Below, one piece after another: positions 1 through 9,753 of a DNA stretch of 64,000 bases (within the stretch, counting starts at the first letter, position 1; every line of letters begins with the position of its first letter). The notes under the pieces are model-generated. The model saw only the letters and a list, made by a program, of their open reading frames with translations, was not told the DNA's origin and did no database searches. The stretch lies in NCBI GenBank assembly GCA_963555755.3, contig OY820905.2, forward strand, positions 3,456,001-3,520,000, read 5' to 3'. This stretch comes from Nitrospirales bacterium (GTDB taxonomy: Bacteria > Nitrospirota > Nitrospiria > Nitrospirales > UBA8639). The position numbers and the translations under genes are program-made.

Positions 1-468
1 ATTAGCTATGCCACCCATGCGAGCTGGCAACAGGAAGTATGGGCTGCTATCGAGCGTTCGAGAAAGCACACCATCCGATGGCTGGATGGGCTTGTTGAAG
101 TCGAAAACCCGAATGCGGAAATACTCATTGTAGCTTCAGGGACCGCTGTTTCTCAGGGACGGGAAGCCATATCACTTTTGGAAGAAGATGGCATTGATGT
201 GGGACTCGTAAAAATTAAAGTACTGCGCCCATGGCCAGAAGATGAAATTCGGGAAGCCACGAAAAATGCTAAACACATCATTGTGCCGGAGTTTAACGTT
301 ACTGGTTGGTTAGCGAGAGAAATCAGAGCGACGATCCCCAATACCGAAAGAGTGTATGCCGGACCGCATGTCTGTGGTGGCATGACCCTGCCGCCGGAAA
401 TTATTGCGGCTGATATCAAAAAAGTTATCGGTATTAAGACTGCTGCGTTGGTTGGGCGGGGAAGTTGA
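1..468 (+). CDS. 2-oxoacid:ferredoxin oxidoreductase alpha subunit, 3' part (5' truncated by window)
   Basis: Frame 1 is open from base 1 (ISYATHASWQQEVW...KIKVLRPWP...PEFN...GGMT); lies directly upstream of the beta and gamma subunits. Confidence 0.9.
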   Translation: MSYATHASWQQEVWAAIERSRKHTIRWLDGLVEVENPNAEILIVASGTAVSQGREAISLLEEDGIDVGLVKIKVLRPWPEDEIREATKNAKHIIVPEFNVTGWLAREIRATIPNTERVYAGPHVCGGMTLPPEIIAADIKKVIGIKTAALVGRGS

Positions 469-518
469 AAGAAATTAACATTACAAATGGAGAGAAGATA
501 ATTATAGGAGGCCGCTAA

Positions 519-1424
519 ATGAGTAAAGAACGAATAAAAATAGCTCCGGAAATGTATGACATCATGCCGCCGGAATATCAGGACTTAGTTAACAAAGCCA
601 CGTATGGGAAAGAATCTCGAGGGTGGAAGGATATTGGTACTTCCAAAGAATTGATTGAAGAACATTCGTTATGTGCAGGGTGTCCGGAGTCAATGGCCTT
701 TCGGTACATTTTAGCATCCCTCCCTGCTCCCGAAGATACCGTGATGGTGGGTTCGACAGGCTGTACCAGTCTAGTTTTCCCCCACATCGCCATTCATAAT
801 ATTCACTCTCTCTTTGGAAACCAAAACGCGATTGCTTCCGGACTCAAGCGAGCGTTGACTGTGCGGTTTCCTGGGCAGGTCAAAGATGTCGTGGTGTTGG
901 CAGGGGATGGCGCAACGGTCGATATTGGACTCGATATGACCTTACAAGCGTGGTTCCGCCAAGAAAAGTTCACCACCATTTGTTTTGATAATGAACTCTA
1001 CGCCAATACCGGCGGCCAAGAAAGCGGATTGATGCAAAAAGGGTTTGTGGCAAAGATGGCTCCCGTGGGAAAGAACTTCGAAAAAGTTCGACTTCCTGAA
1101 ATTGCGAGAGAATCCGGCTGTCATTACATCGTGAATTGTACGGTCAGCAAACCAAACCTTGTGGAAAAAGTGATTAAAAACGCGATCTATGTAGCTCGCG
1201 AAATTGGGCCGACCTATTTGCAGCTGTATACTCCCTGCATTCTTGAAATTGGAAAAAACAGCATGGAAGGCCTTCAAGAAATGCGGGACTCGGAAAAACC
1301 CACCGAACGCTTTGCGTACAGAGAATATATCAGTGATCAGGCAAAAGAATTGTTGACCGAAATGGCCGCAAAAGAAAAAGAAAGAAAAGCTGCTGCCAAA
1401 AAGCAACTGGCAGGAAAAGCCTAA
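519..1424 (+). CDS. 2-oxoacid:ferredoxin oxidoreductase beta subunit (TPP-binding)
   Basis: CAGC, STGC and GDG..DIG...DNELYANTGGQ TPP motifs; RBS GGAGG. POR vs OGOR not resolved; the A-B-G-E order resembles forDABGE. Confidence 0.92.
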   Translation: MSKERIKIAPEMYDIMPPEYQDLVNKATYGKESRGWKDIGTSKELIEEHSLCAGCPESMAFRYILASLPAPEDTVMVGSTGCTSLVFPHIAIHNIHSLFGNQNAIASGLKRALTVRFPGQVKDVVVLAGDGATVDIGLDMTLQAWFRQEKFTTICFDNELYANTGGQESGLMQKGFVAKMAPVGKNFEKVRLPEIARESGCHYIVNCTVSKPNLVEKVIKNAIYVAREIGPTYLQLYTPCILEIGKNSMEGLQEMRDSEKPTERFAYREYISDQAKELLTEMAAKEKERKAAAKKQLAGKA

Positions 1425-1453
1425 CCAGCCAAGGTTGGTCAAGGAGGAACGTA

Positions 1454-2152
1454 ATGATCAAAAAGAGAATCAATATTCGAATGTCAGGCCTTGGAGGGCA
1501 AGGTGCGGTCACAGCAGCTCATGTGATGGCGATGGCGGCTTCTCGCGATGGGAAATTTTCGATCTCCAATCCATTTTTTGGCGCTGAAAAGCGGATGGCC
1601 CCGGCAGAAAGTTATTGCCGAATTGGGATCAACAAAATTTTTGACCGTGGAGAGTTGGTCTATCCTGATGTGATTGAAGTGTTTCACCCGCAAGTCATTA
1701 CATTGGGTAAAAGTTACACGATGCCATTTTATTCAGGCATCAAAGAAGGAGGACTCGTCATCATCAACTCGGACATGCCTCTTCTTACGGATGAAGATGT
1801 GAAGCGGTTGAAGGATTTAGACGTGGCGGTGTTTTACATTGCCGGGACTCAGGTTGCGTTAAAAGTTGCGGGTACCGAGCTTTCCACGAACATGACCATG
1901 ATTGGGTCGGTCGCCGGGATTACGAAATGTGTCTCTTTGAAGGGACTCGAGGGGGCTCTTCAGGAGAGGTTCGGCAAAAAGTTTGTGGCTTCTGGTGGTA
2001 CTGCTACCTTGGATGAAGCCATCAAAAAGAAATTCGCTAAAAAAGAAATGCTGTTAAAGAAAAATATGGATGCTATAATTGCTGCGTACGACATGGCGTC
2101 TGAATGGGCCGAAAAGAATAATTACGAACTAGCCGTCGCCGCCGCGGCATAA
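1454..2152 (+). CDS. 2-oxoacid:ferredoxin oxidoreductase gamma subunit
   Basis: GLGGQGAVTA and PFFGAEKR motifs. Confidence 0.92.
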   Translation: MIKKRINIRMSGLGGQGAVTAAHVMAMAASRDGKFSISNPFFGAEKRMAPAESYCRIGINKIFDRGELVYPDVIEVFHPQVITLGKSYTMPFYSGIKEGGLVIINSDMPLLTDEDVKRLKDLDVAVFYIAGTQVALKVAGTELSTNMTMIGSVAGITKCVSLKGLEGALQERFGKKFVASGGTATLDEAIKKKFAKKEMLLKKNMDAIIAAYDMASEWAEKNNYELAVAAAA

Positions 2153-2177
2153 AGAAATAGGGAAAAGGTAGTTATCA

Positions 2178-2456
2178 ATGTATAACGTAGCGCTTGTGAC
2201 TGGTGAAAAGTGTGTGGCTAAAAAAGGATGCCGATTGTGTATCATGTATTGCCCAGAGGCGAATACCTTGGATCTCGACGTCGAAAAGATGATTGCCATG
2301 GTGATCATTAACCGGTGTAAGGGATGTGAGTTGTGCATGGTCGTGTGTGATGCGGCCAAACACGAAGCCATTACCATGGTGGCTGTCAACGCCGATGGAA
2401 CATTAACGAGTTCGGCTGGGGAGGCCGCTGAGTTAGGGCAAGCCTATTCAAATTAA
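2178..2456 (+). CDS. 2x[4Fe-4S] ferredoxin-like (epsilon) subunit of the oxidoreductase
   Basis: CxxxxxCxxCxxxCP and CxxCxxCxxxC; last gene of the operon. Confidence 0.85.
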   Translation: MYNVALVTGEKCVAKKGCRLCIMYCPEANTLDLDVEKMIAMVIINRCKGCELCMVVCDAAKHEAITMVAVNADGTLTSSAGEAAELGQAYSN

Positions 2457-2470
2457 CGAGTAGATGATAA

Positions 2471-2517
2471 ATAAAGCCCCATGACATTGGTTTAAGTGAA
2501 ATGTCGTGGGGCTTTAT
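2471..2517 (+). terminator. Rho-independent terminator hairpin
   Basis: ATAAAGCCCCATGACAT...ATGTCGTGGGGCTTTAT inverted repeat after the operon. Confidence 0.75.
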
Positions 2518-2568
2518 TATGTCCAGTGGAATAAAGGCCAATTCCTAATTTAATTGTGAGAAAACCAA

Positions 2569-2832
2569 ATGAGCCAAGATCTTCGAGAATTAATGGATGG
2601 AATCCGCGATCGGATGACTCAATTTCATGAAAAGTTAGAAAGTCGAGCCCAAGAAATTGAACTCACGGGCGGAGACCATGATGTGGCGAAAAAATTAACC
2701 ATGGGCGCTGATGCGATGAAAGACAGCGGCAATATCTATGTGTCCTGGGCCCGCCATTATGTCGCGCTGTCAGAGGGTGGAGCTGCGGAGGCCGAGGAAG
2801 GGGAAGAGGATTCTGACGATTTTCAGTTTTAA
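2569..2832 (+). CDS. Hypothetical protein with acidic C-terminus
   Basis: 87-aa ORF with ATG start and protein-like composition. Confidence 0.7.
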   Translation: MSQDLRELMDGIRDRMTQFHEKLESRAQEIELTGGDHDVAKKLTMGADAMKDSGNIYVSWARHYVALSEGGAAEAEEGEEDSDDFQF

Positions 2833-2871
2833 TAAACGTGATACACTCTTTTTAGGAAAAATGCTGGCTTA

Positions 2872-3050
2872 GGACCTGAGAGAAAATAACTTGGACGTCT
2901 CGCATCCCATCTTTGGGCCACCTTTGAACGGGCCTCAATCGAAACACCTTCAACATAGCTGTGCTAGGCCTCGGGTTTTCCTCAATCGTTCCGTCCAAAT
3001 CCGACCCAAATCTTGGCCCGATATTGTCCAAGTTATTTTCTCTCAGGTCC
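2872..3050. mobile_element. MITE family A, copy 1 (179 bp)
   Basis: Terminal inverted repeat GGACCTGAGAGAAAATAACTTGGAC; TTA duplicated on both sides; second copy at 21725-21903. Confidence 0.85.
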
Positions 3051-3186
3051 TTAGCGTTTTTTTTGGTATTGATCAAAAGAACTCGCCAGTATATGATTTG
3101 AATGGCTAGCATTTAACCGCAATACACCGACTCCTTTTTTCACAGTTGTGTTCCTCGGTAGCTCAGTTGGTAGAGCGGTCGGCTGT

Positions 3187-3743
3187 AAGGAGACGTGGCC
3201 TGGTGGCAGAAAGGAGAAAATACGCTGATCGTAGAGAATATCTGATCAATGCCGTCTGAAAACGTCGCAAGGAAATTCGCCAAAAAGTAATACTCCATTT
3301 TGGCGGACGTTGTCAGCGGTGTGATTATGATCGGTGTATAGAAACATTGGAGTGCCATCATCTTGAGTCCTCAGAGAAAGATTTTGGAATTTCTAGCAAA
3401 GGGTATACTCGAAGCTGGAACCAAATCCTGAAGGAACTTGAAAAATGTGTGCTCCTGTGTGCCAATTGCCATCGAGAGGTTCACGCCGGATTGCAGCTTC
3501 CACAGGAAACTGTGGTTGAAAAATCGGGTGAATTCAGGGAAGCCTTCCCCGGGTTCGTGACGAACTCGGAATGGGAACCCTGAGCGAAGCCTGCCGAAGG
3601 GTCTCGTGTAGGCAGGAACGTGCAGAGACTAGAGGCTGAGGAACCCAACCCAATAAGGCCTCACAAGCGCCCGACACCCTCCCCTGATTGTTCAGGCGGG
3701 TGATGAGATAGTCCGAGCCCGGTAGAAATGCTGGGGGTACTCG
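3187..3743 (+). ncRNA. Group I self-splicing intron (557 nt, IA-like with P7.1 extension)
   Basis: Follows exon U and ends in G. P (AATTCAGGGAA 3531), Q (AACCCTGAGC ~3576), R (GCAGAGACTAG 3622) and S (GAGATAGTCC 3704); P3 TCGGGTG/CGCCCGA; P7 GACTA/TAGTC; guide TTGCAGCT 3491-3498 pairs with GGCTGT|AA with G.U at the splice site. Confidence 0.9.
3203..3583 (+). pseudogene. Intron-encoded HNH endonuclease with an in-frame TGA at codon 19
   Basis: GTG start after AAGGAG; MAERRKYADRREYLINAV*KRRKEIR...GGRCQRCDY...LECHH...CVLLCANCHREVH (CxxC..HH..CxNCH); TGA at 3257-3259. Confidence 0.8.
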
Positions 3744-3788
3744 TAACCGACTGGTCGCAAGTTCGAGTCTTGCCCGAGGAGCCAATTT

Positions 3789-3828
3789 AAAAAGGCCATG
3801 AGATAATTTCTCATGGCCTTTTATTTTT
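3789..3828. terminator. Bidirectional terminator between the tRNA and fdx
   Basis: AAAAAGGCCATGAGA-TAATT-TCTCATGGCCTTTT. Confidence 0.8.
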
Positions 3829-3860
3829 GTAGGGAGAAACTGTCTGCGGACCAAAGGATT

Positions 3861-4277
3861 TCAGTGACCTTCTTTTACCAAATTTTTATTCCACTCTGGA
3901 ATTTCTACGACAAGGTTTTTGGACCCATCCGGAATGCACTGGCAAGCCAATCGAGATTGCAGCGTGAGGGCCGGAGCTTCGTCCAATTGGTCTAACTCGT
4001 CATCTGTGGCTTCGTTACAGGTCTCCAGTCCTTCCTTTACAATAACGTGACAGGTTGAACAAGCGCATACCCCTCCGCACGCATGTTCCACATCCAGACC
4101 TGCTGCTCCCATGGCAATATCCAGAATACTCCCAGGTTGGCCGGTTGGGCCATAGGGAATTTTACTTGGATCAACCTCGACTACCACATTTTCTCCTGGT
4201 GTTTTGATCGTGACGGTGAATGGTTGTGTCGCGGCTTTTGCTTCAATTTGCTCTATATAAGGATTGCTCCCACCCAT
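3861..4277 (-). CDS. fdx: 2Fe-2S ferredoxin (ISC-type Fdx)
   Basis: HACGGVCACSTCHV...SRLACQ; start MGGSNP at 4277 after a GGAG RBS. Confidence 0.88.
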   Translation of the reverse strand: MGGSNPYIEQIEAKAATQPFTVTIKTPGENVVVEVDPSKIPYGPTGQPGSILDIAMGAAGLDVEHACGGVCACSTCHVIVKEGLETCNEATDDELDQLDEAPALTLQSRLACQCIPDGSKNLVVEIPEWNKNLVKEGH

Positions 4278-4502
4278 CTTGTTCTCCTTGTGTCGTATAA
4301 AAAATTTATACGTATTTATAAATTTTATGTTACTTTTCAATACATTATGTTAAGTTGTGTTAAGTTTCTGCAATCGCCGACTGATGTTATCTCCGACTAA
4401 ATTACTCTTGACTAGACGAGAATGTCAATGGTAGTATTTGTTCCGATGGTTTTGGTCGGAGACTTTATCAATCTGTGATTGGAATGAAGCGAAGAGGTTC
4501 CT

Positions 4503-4982
4503 GTGCTGAAGTTCTCCAAAAAGGCAGATTACGCGTTATTGGCCCTCCAATATATGGCCTCGGTTCATGGCAGTGGGGAACTACAACCGCGTGTGGTGAA
4601 TACCAAGGAAATTGCGGAAGAGCATTTCATGCCAGTTGAGCTGCTCGCGAAAGTTCTGCAAACCTTGGCACGGCATCAAATCATTGAAAGTCACCATAAT
4701 GGGCCCAAGGGTGGGTATGTGTTAGGCCGAGAGCCCAAAGACATTTCCGTCGCCCAAGTATTAGAGGCCATCGAAGGGCCCTTGGGCATAACAGATTGTT
4801 ACCACGAAAAAGATCAGTCGTGGTGTGACCAATTGGAACGTTGTAATATCCGAACACCATTGCTCAAAATTCAAGACAGCATTTATAAATTGCTTAACAG
4901 CATGTCGATTGAGGACATGCTGATGGATGAATCGCCTTTAATCATCGTCGAATCTTTAAAGCTAGAAGGAGTGAACTCATGA
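4503..4982 (+). CDS. iscR: Rrf2-family regulator (IscR-like)
   Basis: GPKGGYVL wing, three C-terminal Cys, first gene of the isc operon. Confidence 0.8.
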   Translation: MLKFSKKADYALLALQYMASVHGSGELQPRVVNTKEIAEEHFMPVELLAKVLQTLARHQIIESHHNGPKGGYVLGREPKDISVAQVLEAIEGPLGITDCYHEKDQSWCDQLERCNIRTPLLKIQDSIYKLLNSMSIEDMLMDESPLIIVESLKLEGVNS

Positions 4983-6193
4983 AGTTACCCATTTATATGG
5001 ACAACCATTCGACCACGCCCTGCGATCCTCGCGTGGTGGAGGCGATGCTCCCGTATTTCACCGAAAAGTTTGGCAATTCAGCGAGTCGCAACCATTCGTT
5101 TGGTTGGGAGGCTGAAGAAGGGGTAGACACCGCACGAAAGCAAATTGCCAAACTGATCAATGCGGATTCCAAGGAAATTGTCTTTACCAGTGGTGCGACG
5201 GAATCCAATAACTTGGCGTTGAAAGGTGTGGCGGAGATGTATCGCGAAAAAGGTGATCACATCATCACGAGCTCGACGGAACATCGTGCGGTGATCGACC
5301 CGGCCAAATCGCTTGAGAAGAAAGGTGTCAAGGTCACCTATCTTTCGGTGGATAAGACCGGCACGGTGAATCCTGATGATGTGCGCAATGCCATCACGGA
5401 TAAAACCATTTTGATTTCGATTATGTTAGCGAATAACGAAATTGGCACCATCAATCCCATTAAAGAAATTGGGAAGATTGCAAAAGAAAAAGGCGTGCTG
5501 TTCCACTGTGATGCGACTCAAGGCGTCGGAAAAATCCCGGTTAATGTCCAAGAGCTAGGCGTGGATCTGATGTCTTTTTCGGCGCATAAGATTTATGGGC
5601 CGAAAGGCATTGGCGCATTATACGTTCGGCGTAGGGCCCCTCGAGTCCGCTTGGCGCCGATGCAGGATGGCGGTGGTCATGAACGGGGCATGCGGTCAGG
5701 GACACTTCCTGTTCCATTGATTGTTGGTTTTGGAAAAGCCGCGGAGTTGTGCGAACAAGAAATGGCAACAGAGTCCGTTCGAATGATGGCTCTGCGCGAT
5801 CGACTGAAGGCCGGCATTATGGGGGCGATGGAAGAAGTCTATCTGAATGGGCATCCTACCGAACGGCTGCCCGGGAATCTGAATATTAGTTTTGCCTACG
5901 TCGAAGGCGAGGCGTTGCTGATGGGGGTGAAGGAAATTGCCCTTTCTTCTGGCTCGGCGTGTACTTCTGCGACACTCGAACCGTCTTATGTGCTTCGGGC
6001 GCTTGGCGTGGGTTCGGATTTAGCGCATTCGTCCATTCGGTTTGGGATCGGCCGATTTACCACAGAGGAAGAAGTGGACTATACGATTGATCGGATGCTT
6101 AAGGCTGTGAATCATTTGCGAGAGATGTCGCCATTGTATGAAATGGCCAAAGAAGGGATCGATCTCAGTACAGTCGAATGGGCGGCTCACTGA
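4979..6193 (+). CDS. iscS: Cysteine desulfurase
   Basis: [13 protein letters not shown] motif, SSGSACTS, C-terminal EWAAH. Confidence 0.97.
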   Translation: MKLPIYMDNHSTTPCDPRVVEAMLPYFTEKFGNSASRNHSFGWEAEEGVDTARKQIAKLINADSKEIVFTSGATESNNLALKGVAEMYREKGDHIITSSTEHRAVIDPAKSLEKKGVKVTYLSVDKTGTVNPDDVRNAITDKTILISIMLANNEIGTINPIKEIGKIAKEKGVLFHCDATQGVGKIPVNVQELGVDLMSFSAHKIYGPKGIGALYVRRRAPRVRLAPMQDGGGHERGMRSGTLPVPLIVGFGKAAELCEQEMATESVRMMALRDRLKAGIMGAMEEVYLNGHPTERLPGNLNISFAYVEGEALLMGVKEIALSSGSACTSATLEPSYVLRALGVGSDLAHSSIRFGIGRFTTEEEVDYTIDRMLKAVNHLREMSPLYEMAKEGIDLSTVEWAAH

Positions 6194-6261
6194 ATTAGAG
6201 AAACAGGAAATATAGCCAATCGTGCTTTGCATAATTGTAAAAATCTAAGGAGGGTAGAATC

Positions 6262-6681
6262 ATGGCATACAGCGAAAAAGTGATTGACCATTACAACAAT
6301 CCTCGCAATATGGGGAGCTTTAAAAAGGACGAGGACGGTGTGGGGACAGGCATTGTTGGTGCTCCTGAGTGCGGCGATGTGATGAAGCTTCAGATTAAAG
6401 TCGAAAATGACACCATCGTCGATGCCAAGTTCAAAACCTTTGGATGCGGGTCGGCCATTGCCAGCTCAAGTTTGGCGACAGAGTGGTTGAAAGGCAAAAC
6501 CGTAGAGGAAGCCGGGCAGATTAAAAATACGGAAATTGTGGAAGAACTCAATCTTCCCCCAGTGAAAATTCACTGTTCAGTGTTAGCGGAAGATGCGATT
6601 AAAGGGGCATTGAATGATTATAAGAAGAAAGCGGAGCTGAAGTCACAGGAAGAAGCAACGGCTGCCTCAGCTAGTTCCTAA
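6262..6681 (+). CDS. iscU: Fe-S scaffold protein
   Basis: GAPECGD, FGCGSA, LPPVKIHC. Confidence 0.97.
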   Translation: MAYSEKVIDHYNNPRNMGSFKKDEDGVGTGIVGAPECGDVMKLQIKVENDTIVDAKFKTFGCGSAIASSSLATEWLKGKTVEEAGQIKNTEIVEELNLPPVKIHCSVLAEDAIKGALNDYKKKAELKSQEEATAASASS

Positions 6682-6712
6682 ATTGGTGAAGTTGGATTAA
6701 GGGAGAAGGAAT

Positions 6713-7066
6713 ATGGAGACGACACAAACGACAGAAACCCCCCTGGTGACCTTGACGGATGCCGCGGTTGAAGAAGTGAAGCGGTTGATGGATGTGCAAG
6801 ATCTCACCGAAGGTGGTCTTCGCTTGGGCGTCAAAGGTGGTGGATGTTCCGGTCTCAGTTACACAGTTAACTTTGATGACAAGATTGGTGAATTTGATAC
6901 GATTTGCGAAAAGGATGGTGTGAAAATCATCGTGGACGCAAAAAGCGCCATTTATCTTGAAGGCATGCAACTCGATTATCAAAAGGATCTTGTGAGTGGG
7001 GGATTCAAATTTAGTAATCCCAATGCCACCAAAACCTGTGGATGTGGAGAATCCTTCTCCGCGTAA
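6713..7066 (+). CDS. iscA: A-type Fe-S carrier
   Basis: GGGCSG...CGCGESF, within the isc operon. Confidence 0.92.
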   Translation: METTQTTETPLVTLTDAAVEEVKRLMDVQDLTEGGLRLGVKGGGCSGLSYTVNFDDKIGEFDTICEKDGVKIIVDAKSAIYLEGMQLDYQKDLVSGGFKFSNPNATKTCGCGESFSA

Positions 7067-7127
7067 AGACCCACGATAGTGGGGAAATGAAAATGATTCG
7101 AATTGGCGGGCATGGTGCAGTTGAACC

Positions 7128-7877
7128 ATGCCCGTTGTGCGAGTGCCGACGATGAGTACACAACCGACATCAGCTGATCGTGTGTCCCGCGAATTGCCCA
7201 TGGCGCGAAATATGTGCTGGCATTGCCAGTCCGAGGTCTCCGGAGAATACTTTTGCGGTCGATGTGTGAAGATTCAACCGCTTTCGAAAGAGTTGGACTA
7301 TTTTACCTGCATGAACCTTCCTCGCCTGCTTACCATCGATAAAAAATATTTGGAGGACACATTCTATTCGTTGAGTCGTACCTTTCATCCGGATTTCTAT
7401 GCCAATAAGGATGAAGGGGAAAAAGCCGTCAGTCTCGGGAATTCGGCACTTCTCAATACAGCGTATCGCACCCTCAAGGATCCGATCCAGCGGGCAGAAT
7501 ATCTGATTCGATTAGAAGCAGGTTCAGTCAAGGATATTCGTTCTGCCCCACCTGCTGATTTATTTGATGAAATTCTGGAGCTCCAGGAGGATTTAGAGGA
7601 GTTTCGTTCGCTATCCGGTGAGACCGATTCAGAGCGTGGACGAGAATTACGAAACAAGCTTCACACGGATCGAGAGACCCTTGAGGTCCGCCAGGAGCAA
7701 CTCAAGGCTGAACTGTTTGGGAAGTTTCAGGAATGGGATGAGCTTCAGGGCTCATCGGACGGCTCAGCAGACACTCGTGGTAAGAAAAATGACGTGATCA
7801 AAGAAATGCAGGAAATACTTTCTAATCGTACGTATGTACGAAATATCGTGAATGATCTCATCGCGGCCACGAGTTAA
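7128..7877 (+). CDS. hscB: Fe-S co-chaperone HscB with N-terminal tetracysteine domain
   Basis: HPD J-domain motif, N.AY.TL.DP..RA.Y, CWHC/CGRC; start may be 7152. Confidence 0.9.
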   Translation: MPVVRVPTMSTQPTSADRVSRELPMARNMCWHCQSEVSGEYFCGRCVKIQPLSKELDYFTCMNLPRLLTIDKKYLEDTFYSLSRTFHPDFYANKDEGEKAVSLGNSALLNTAYRTLKDPIQRAEYLIRLEAGSVKDIRSAPPADLFDEILELQEDLEEFRSLSGETDSERGRELRNKLHTDRETLEVRQEQLKAELFGKFQEWDELQGSSDGSADTRGKKNDVIKEMQEILSNRTYVRNIVNDLIAATS

Positions 7878-7900
7878 ACCTCAATATTGACAGGAAATTA

Positions 7901-9724
7901 ATGGCAAGAATAGTTGGAATAGACCTTGGCACCACCAATTCATTGGTCGCGTATATGGATGGAGAGGTTCCTCGTGTTATTCAAGGCAAACATGATGAGG
8001 CAAAAGTCCCGTCGATTGTTGGCCTGACGGATAACGGCATTATGGTTGGAGAACCAGCCAAGGAGCATTTGGTTCGGGATCCCTCGAGGACGATTTATTC
8101 CGTCAAGCGGTTTATGGGCAAGTCTTTGGCGGATGTGTCCGAGGAGTTGAAATATTTCCCCTACAGCCTTCAAGAAAAAAACGGGGTGATTCGCATTCAG
8201 GTCGGAGACAAAACGTACTCGCCCCCTCAAGTCTCTGCCATGATTTTGAAGGAACTAAAACTGCGCGCTGAAGCCCACCTTCGAGAAGACATTACCAAAG
8301 TTGTCATTACGGTTCCCGCCTATTTCAATGATGCCCAACGGCAAGCCACGAAAGATGCCGGCCTCATCGCCGGGCTGGAAGTGCTGCGAATCATCAACGA
8401 ACCGACGGCGGCATCCTTGGCTTATGGGTTGCAAAAGAAAACACAGGGCATAATCGCGGTCTACGATCTTGGTGGTGGGACCTTTGATATTTCTCTGCTT
8501 AAACTCAAAGATGGCATCTTTGAAGTACTGGCGACGAATGGCAATACCCATCTAGGGGGAGATGATTTGGATCGGCGACTGGTCGAAACTGTCATGAAGG
8601 ACCTCGACGCCAATCATGGGGTGAAGGTGGAAGACCTCCCCGAACTCATGCAAACGGTTCGGTTAGAATCCGAGCGGGTGAAGATTCGGTTATCCAATGA
8701 GGACAAGACGTCAATGTCCATTCCTCTTCCCGATGAGAGGGGAACGTACACCCGTGAATGGTCTCGAGAGGAATTGGAGTCTCTCACCGTGGACTTAGTG
8801 CGACAAACACTCGCTCCCTGTCGATTGGCGATGCAGGATGCCGAGTTGCAACTCAATGACATAGATGAAGTGGTGTTGGTTGGGGGAAGCACGCGCATGC
8901 CGTTGGTTCGTCAGTTAGTTGAAGAACTGTTTGGCCAGACGCCTCATAGCGAGCTGAACCCTGATGAAGTGGTGGCGCTTGGGGCTGCGGTCCAGGCCGG
9001 TATTCTCGCGGGTGATAACAAAGACATGCTATTGCTCGATGTCACCCCGTTGTCCTTGGGCATTGAAACCATGGGTGGGGTGATGAGCACGTTGATTCGA
9101 CGGAATACCACCATCCCGACGAGCGCCAAGGAAATGTTTACCACCTATGTCGATGGACAAACCTCCGTGGATATTCATATTTTGCAAGGCGAACGTGAGC
9201 TGGTGCAAGACAATCGGAGTCTTGCTCGATTTCAACTCAAAGTTCCACCTCTGCCTGCGGCGGTGCCACGGGTAGAAGTGACGTTCCTGATTGATGCCAA
9301 TGGCATTCTCAATGTCAACGCCGCTGATATCCGAACCGGAGAATCGCAAACTGTGCAAGTGAAACCCTCGCATGGTCTCACCGATGATGAAGTCGAAGGC
9401 ATGATCCGAGAATCATTCCAATTTGCCGCTCAGGACATCAAAGCCCGTCAGGTGATTGAAGCCAGGACTGAGGCGGGTGCCATCCTCGTTGCCACGGAAA
9501 AAGCCTTGAAGCGAGGGACCGATCTCATTACATTCGAAGAGGTCCAAGCGATTCACCAGGTTCTTGAAGATCTTCGGAGAGTCAAAGATCAAGATGATCA
9601 TCGCGTGATTCGGGCAAAGATTTCTGATGTCGAAAACGTCACTCATCATTTGGCTGAAGCTTTAATGGATGCCACGCTCAAAGAAGCGCTCGAAAACAAA
9701 AAACTCTCTGAAGTGACGGATTGA
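7901..9724 (+). CDS. hscA: Fe-S chaperone HscA (Hsp70 family)
   Basis: GIDLGTTNS, DLGGGTFD, LGIETMGG; follows hscB. Confidence 0.9.
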   Translation: MARIVGIDLGTTNSLVAYMDGEVPRVIQGKHDEAKVPSIVGLTDNGIMVGEPAKEHLVRDPSRTIYSVKRFMGKSLADVSEELKYFPYSLQEKNGVIRIQVGDKTYSPPQVSAMILKELKLRAEAHLREDITKVVITVPAYFNDAQRQATKDAGLIAGLEVLRIINEPTAASLAYGLQKKTQGIIAVYDLGGGTFDISLLKLKDGIFEVLATNGNTHLGGDDLDRRLVETVMKDLDANHGVKVEDLPELMQTVRLESERVKIRLSNEDKTSMSIPLPDERGTYTREWSREELESLTVDLVRQTLAPCRLAMQDAELQLNDIDEVVLVGGSTRMPLVRQLVEELFGQTPHSELNPDEVVALGAAVQAGILAGDNKDMLLLDVTPLSLGIETMGGVMSTLIRRNTTIPTSAKEMFTTYVDGQTSVDIHILQGERELVQDNRSLARFQLKVPPLPAAVPRVEVTFLIDANGILNVNAADIRTGESQTVQVKPSHGLTDDEVEGMIRESFQFAAQDIKARQVIEARTEAGAILVATEKALKRGTDLITFEEVQAIHQVLEDLRRVKDQDDHRVIRAKISDVENVTHHLAEALMDATLKEALENKKLSEVTD

Positions 9725-9753
9725 ATGTTCTGATACGTTCCAAGGAGAATTAG

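Larger units (their letters stand above)
3152..3784 (+). tRNA. tRNA-Asn(GTT), intron-containing (exons 3152-3186 and 3744-3784)
   Basis: Joined exons give a 76-nt cloverleaf TCCTCGG...GTCGG-CTGTTAA-CCGAC...GTTCGAG...CCGAGGA-GCCA with encoded CCA. Confidence 0.93.

Noticed and set aside
2852..3112. Short ORFs over MITEs (also 13650-14024, 31714-32313, 36581-36961, 50861-51343, 54826-55147)
   Set aside because: They are translations of palindromic repeats or antisense shadows of real genes
3152..3190. tRNA-Tyr(GTA), or a tRNA fragment marking a prophage att site
   Set aside because: The two halves are complementary rather than duplicated, and group I splice rules (after U, ending G) give anticodon GTT
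3257..3259. TGA as selenocysteine or recoded Gly/Trp in the HNH ORF
   Set aside because: It is not at a Cys-motif position, and other genes in the window use TGA as a stop; a nonsense mutation is simpler
7901..9724. dnaK
   Set aside because: Position between hscB and iscX, with no grpE or dnaJ nearby, indicates hscA
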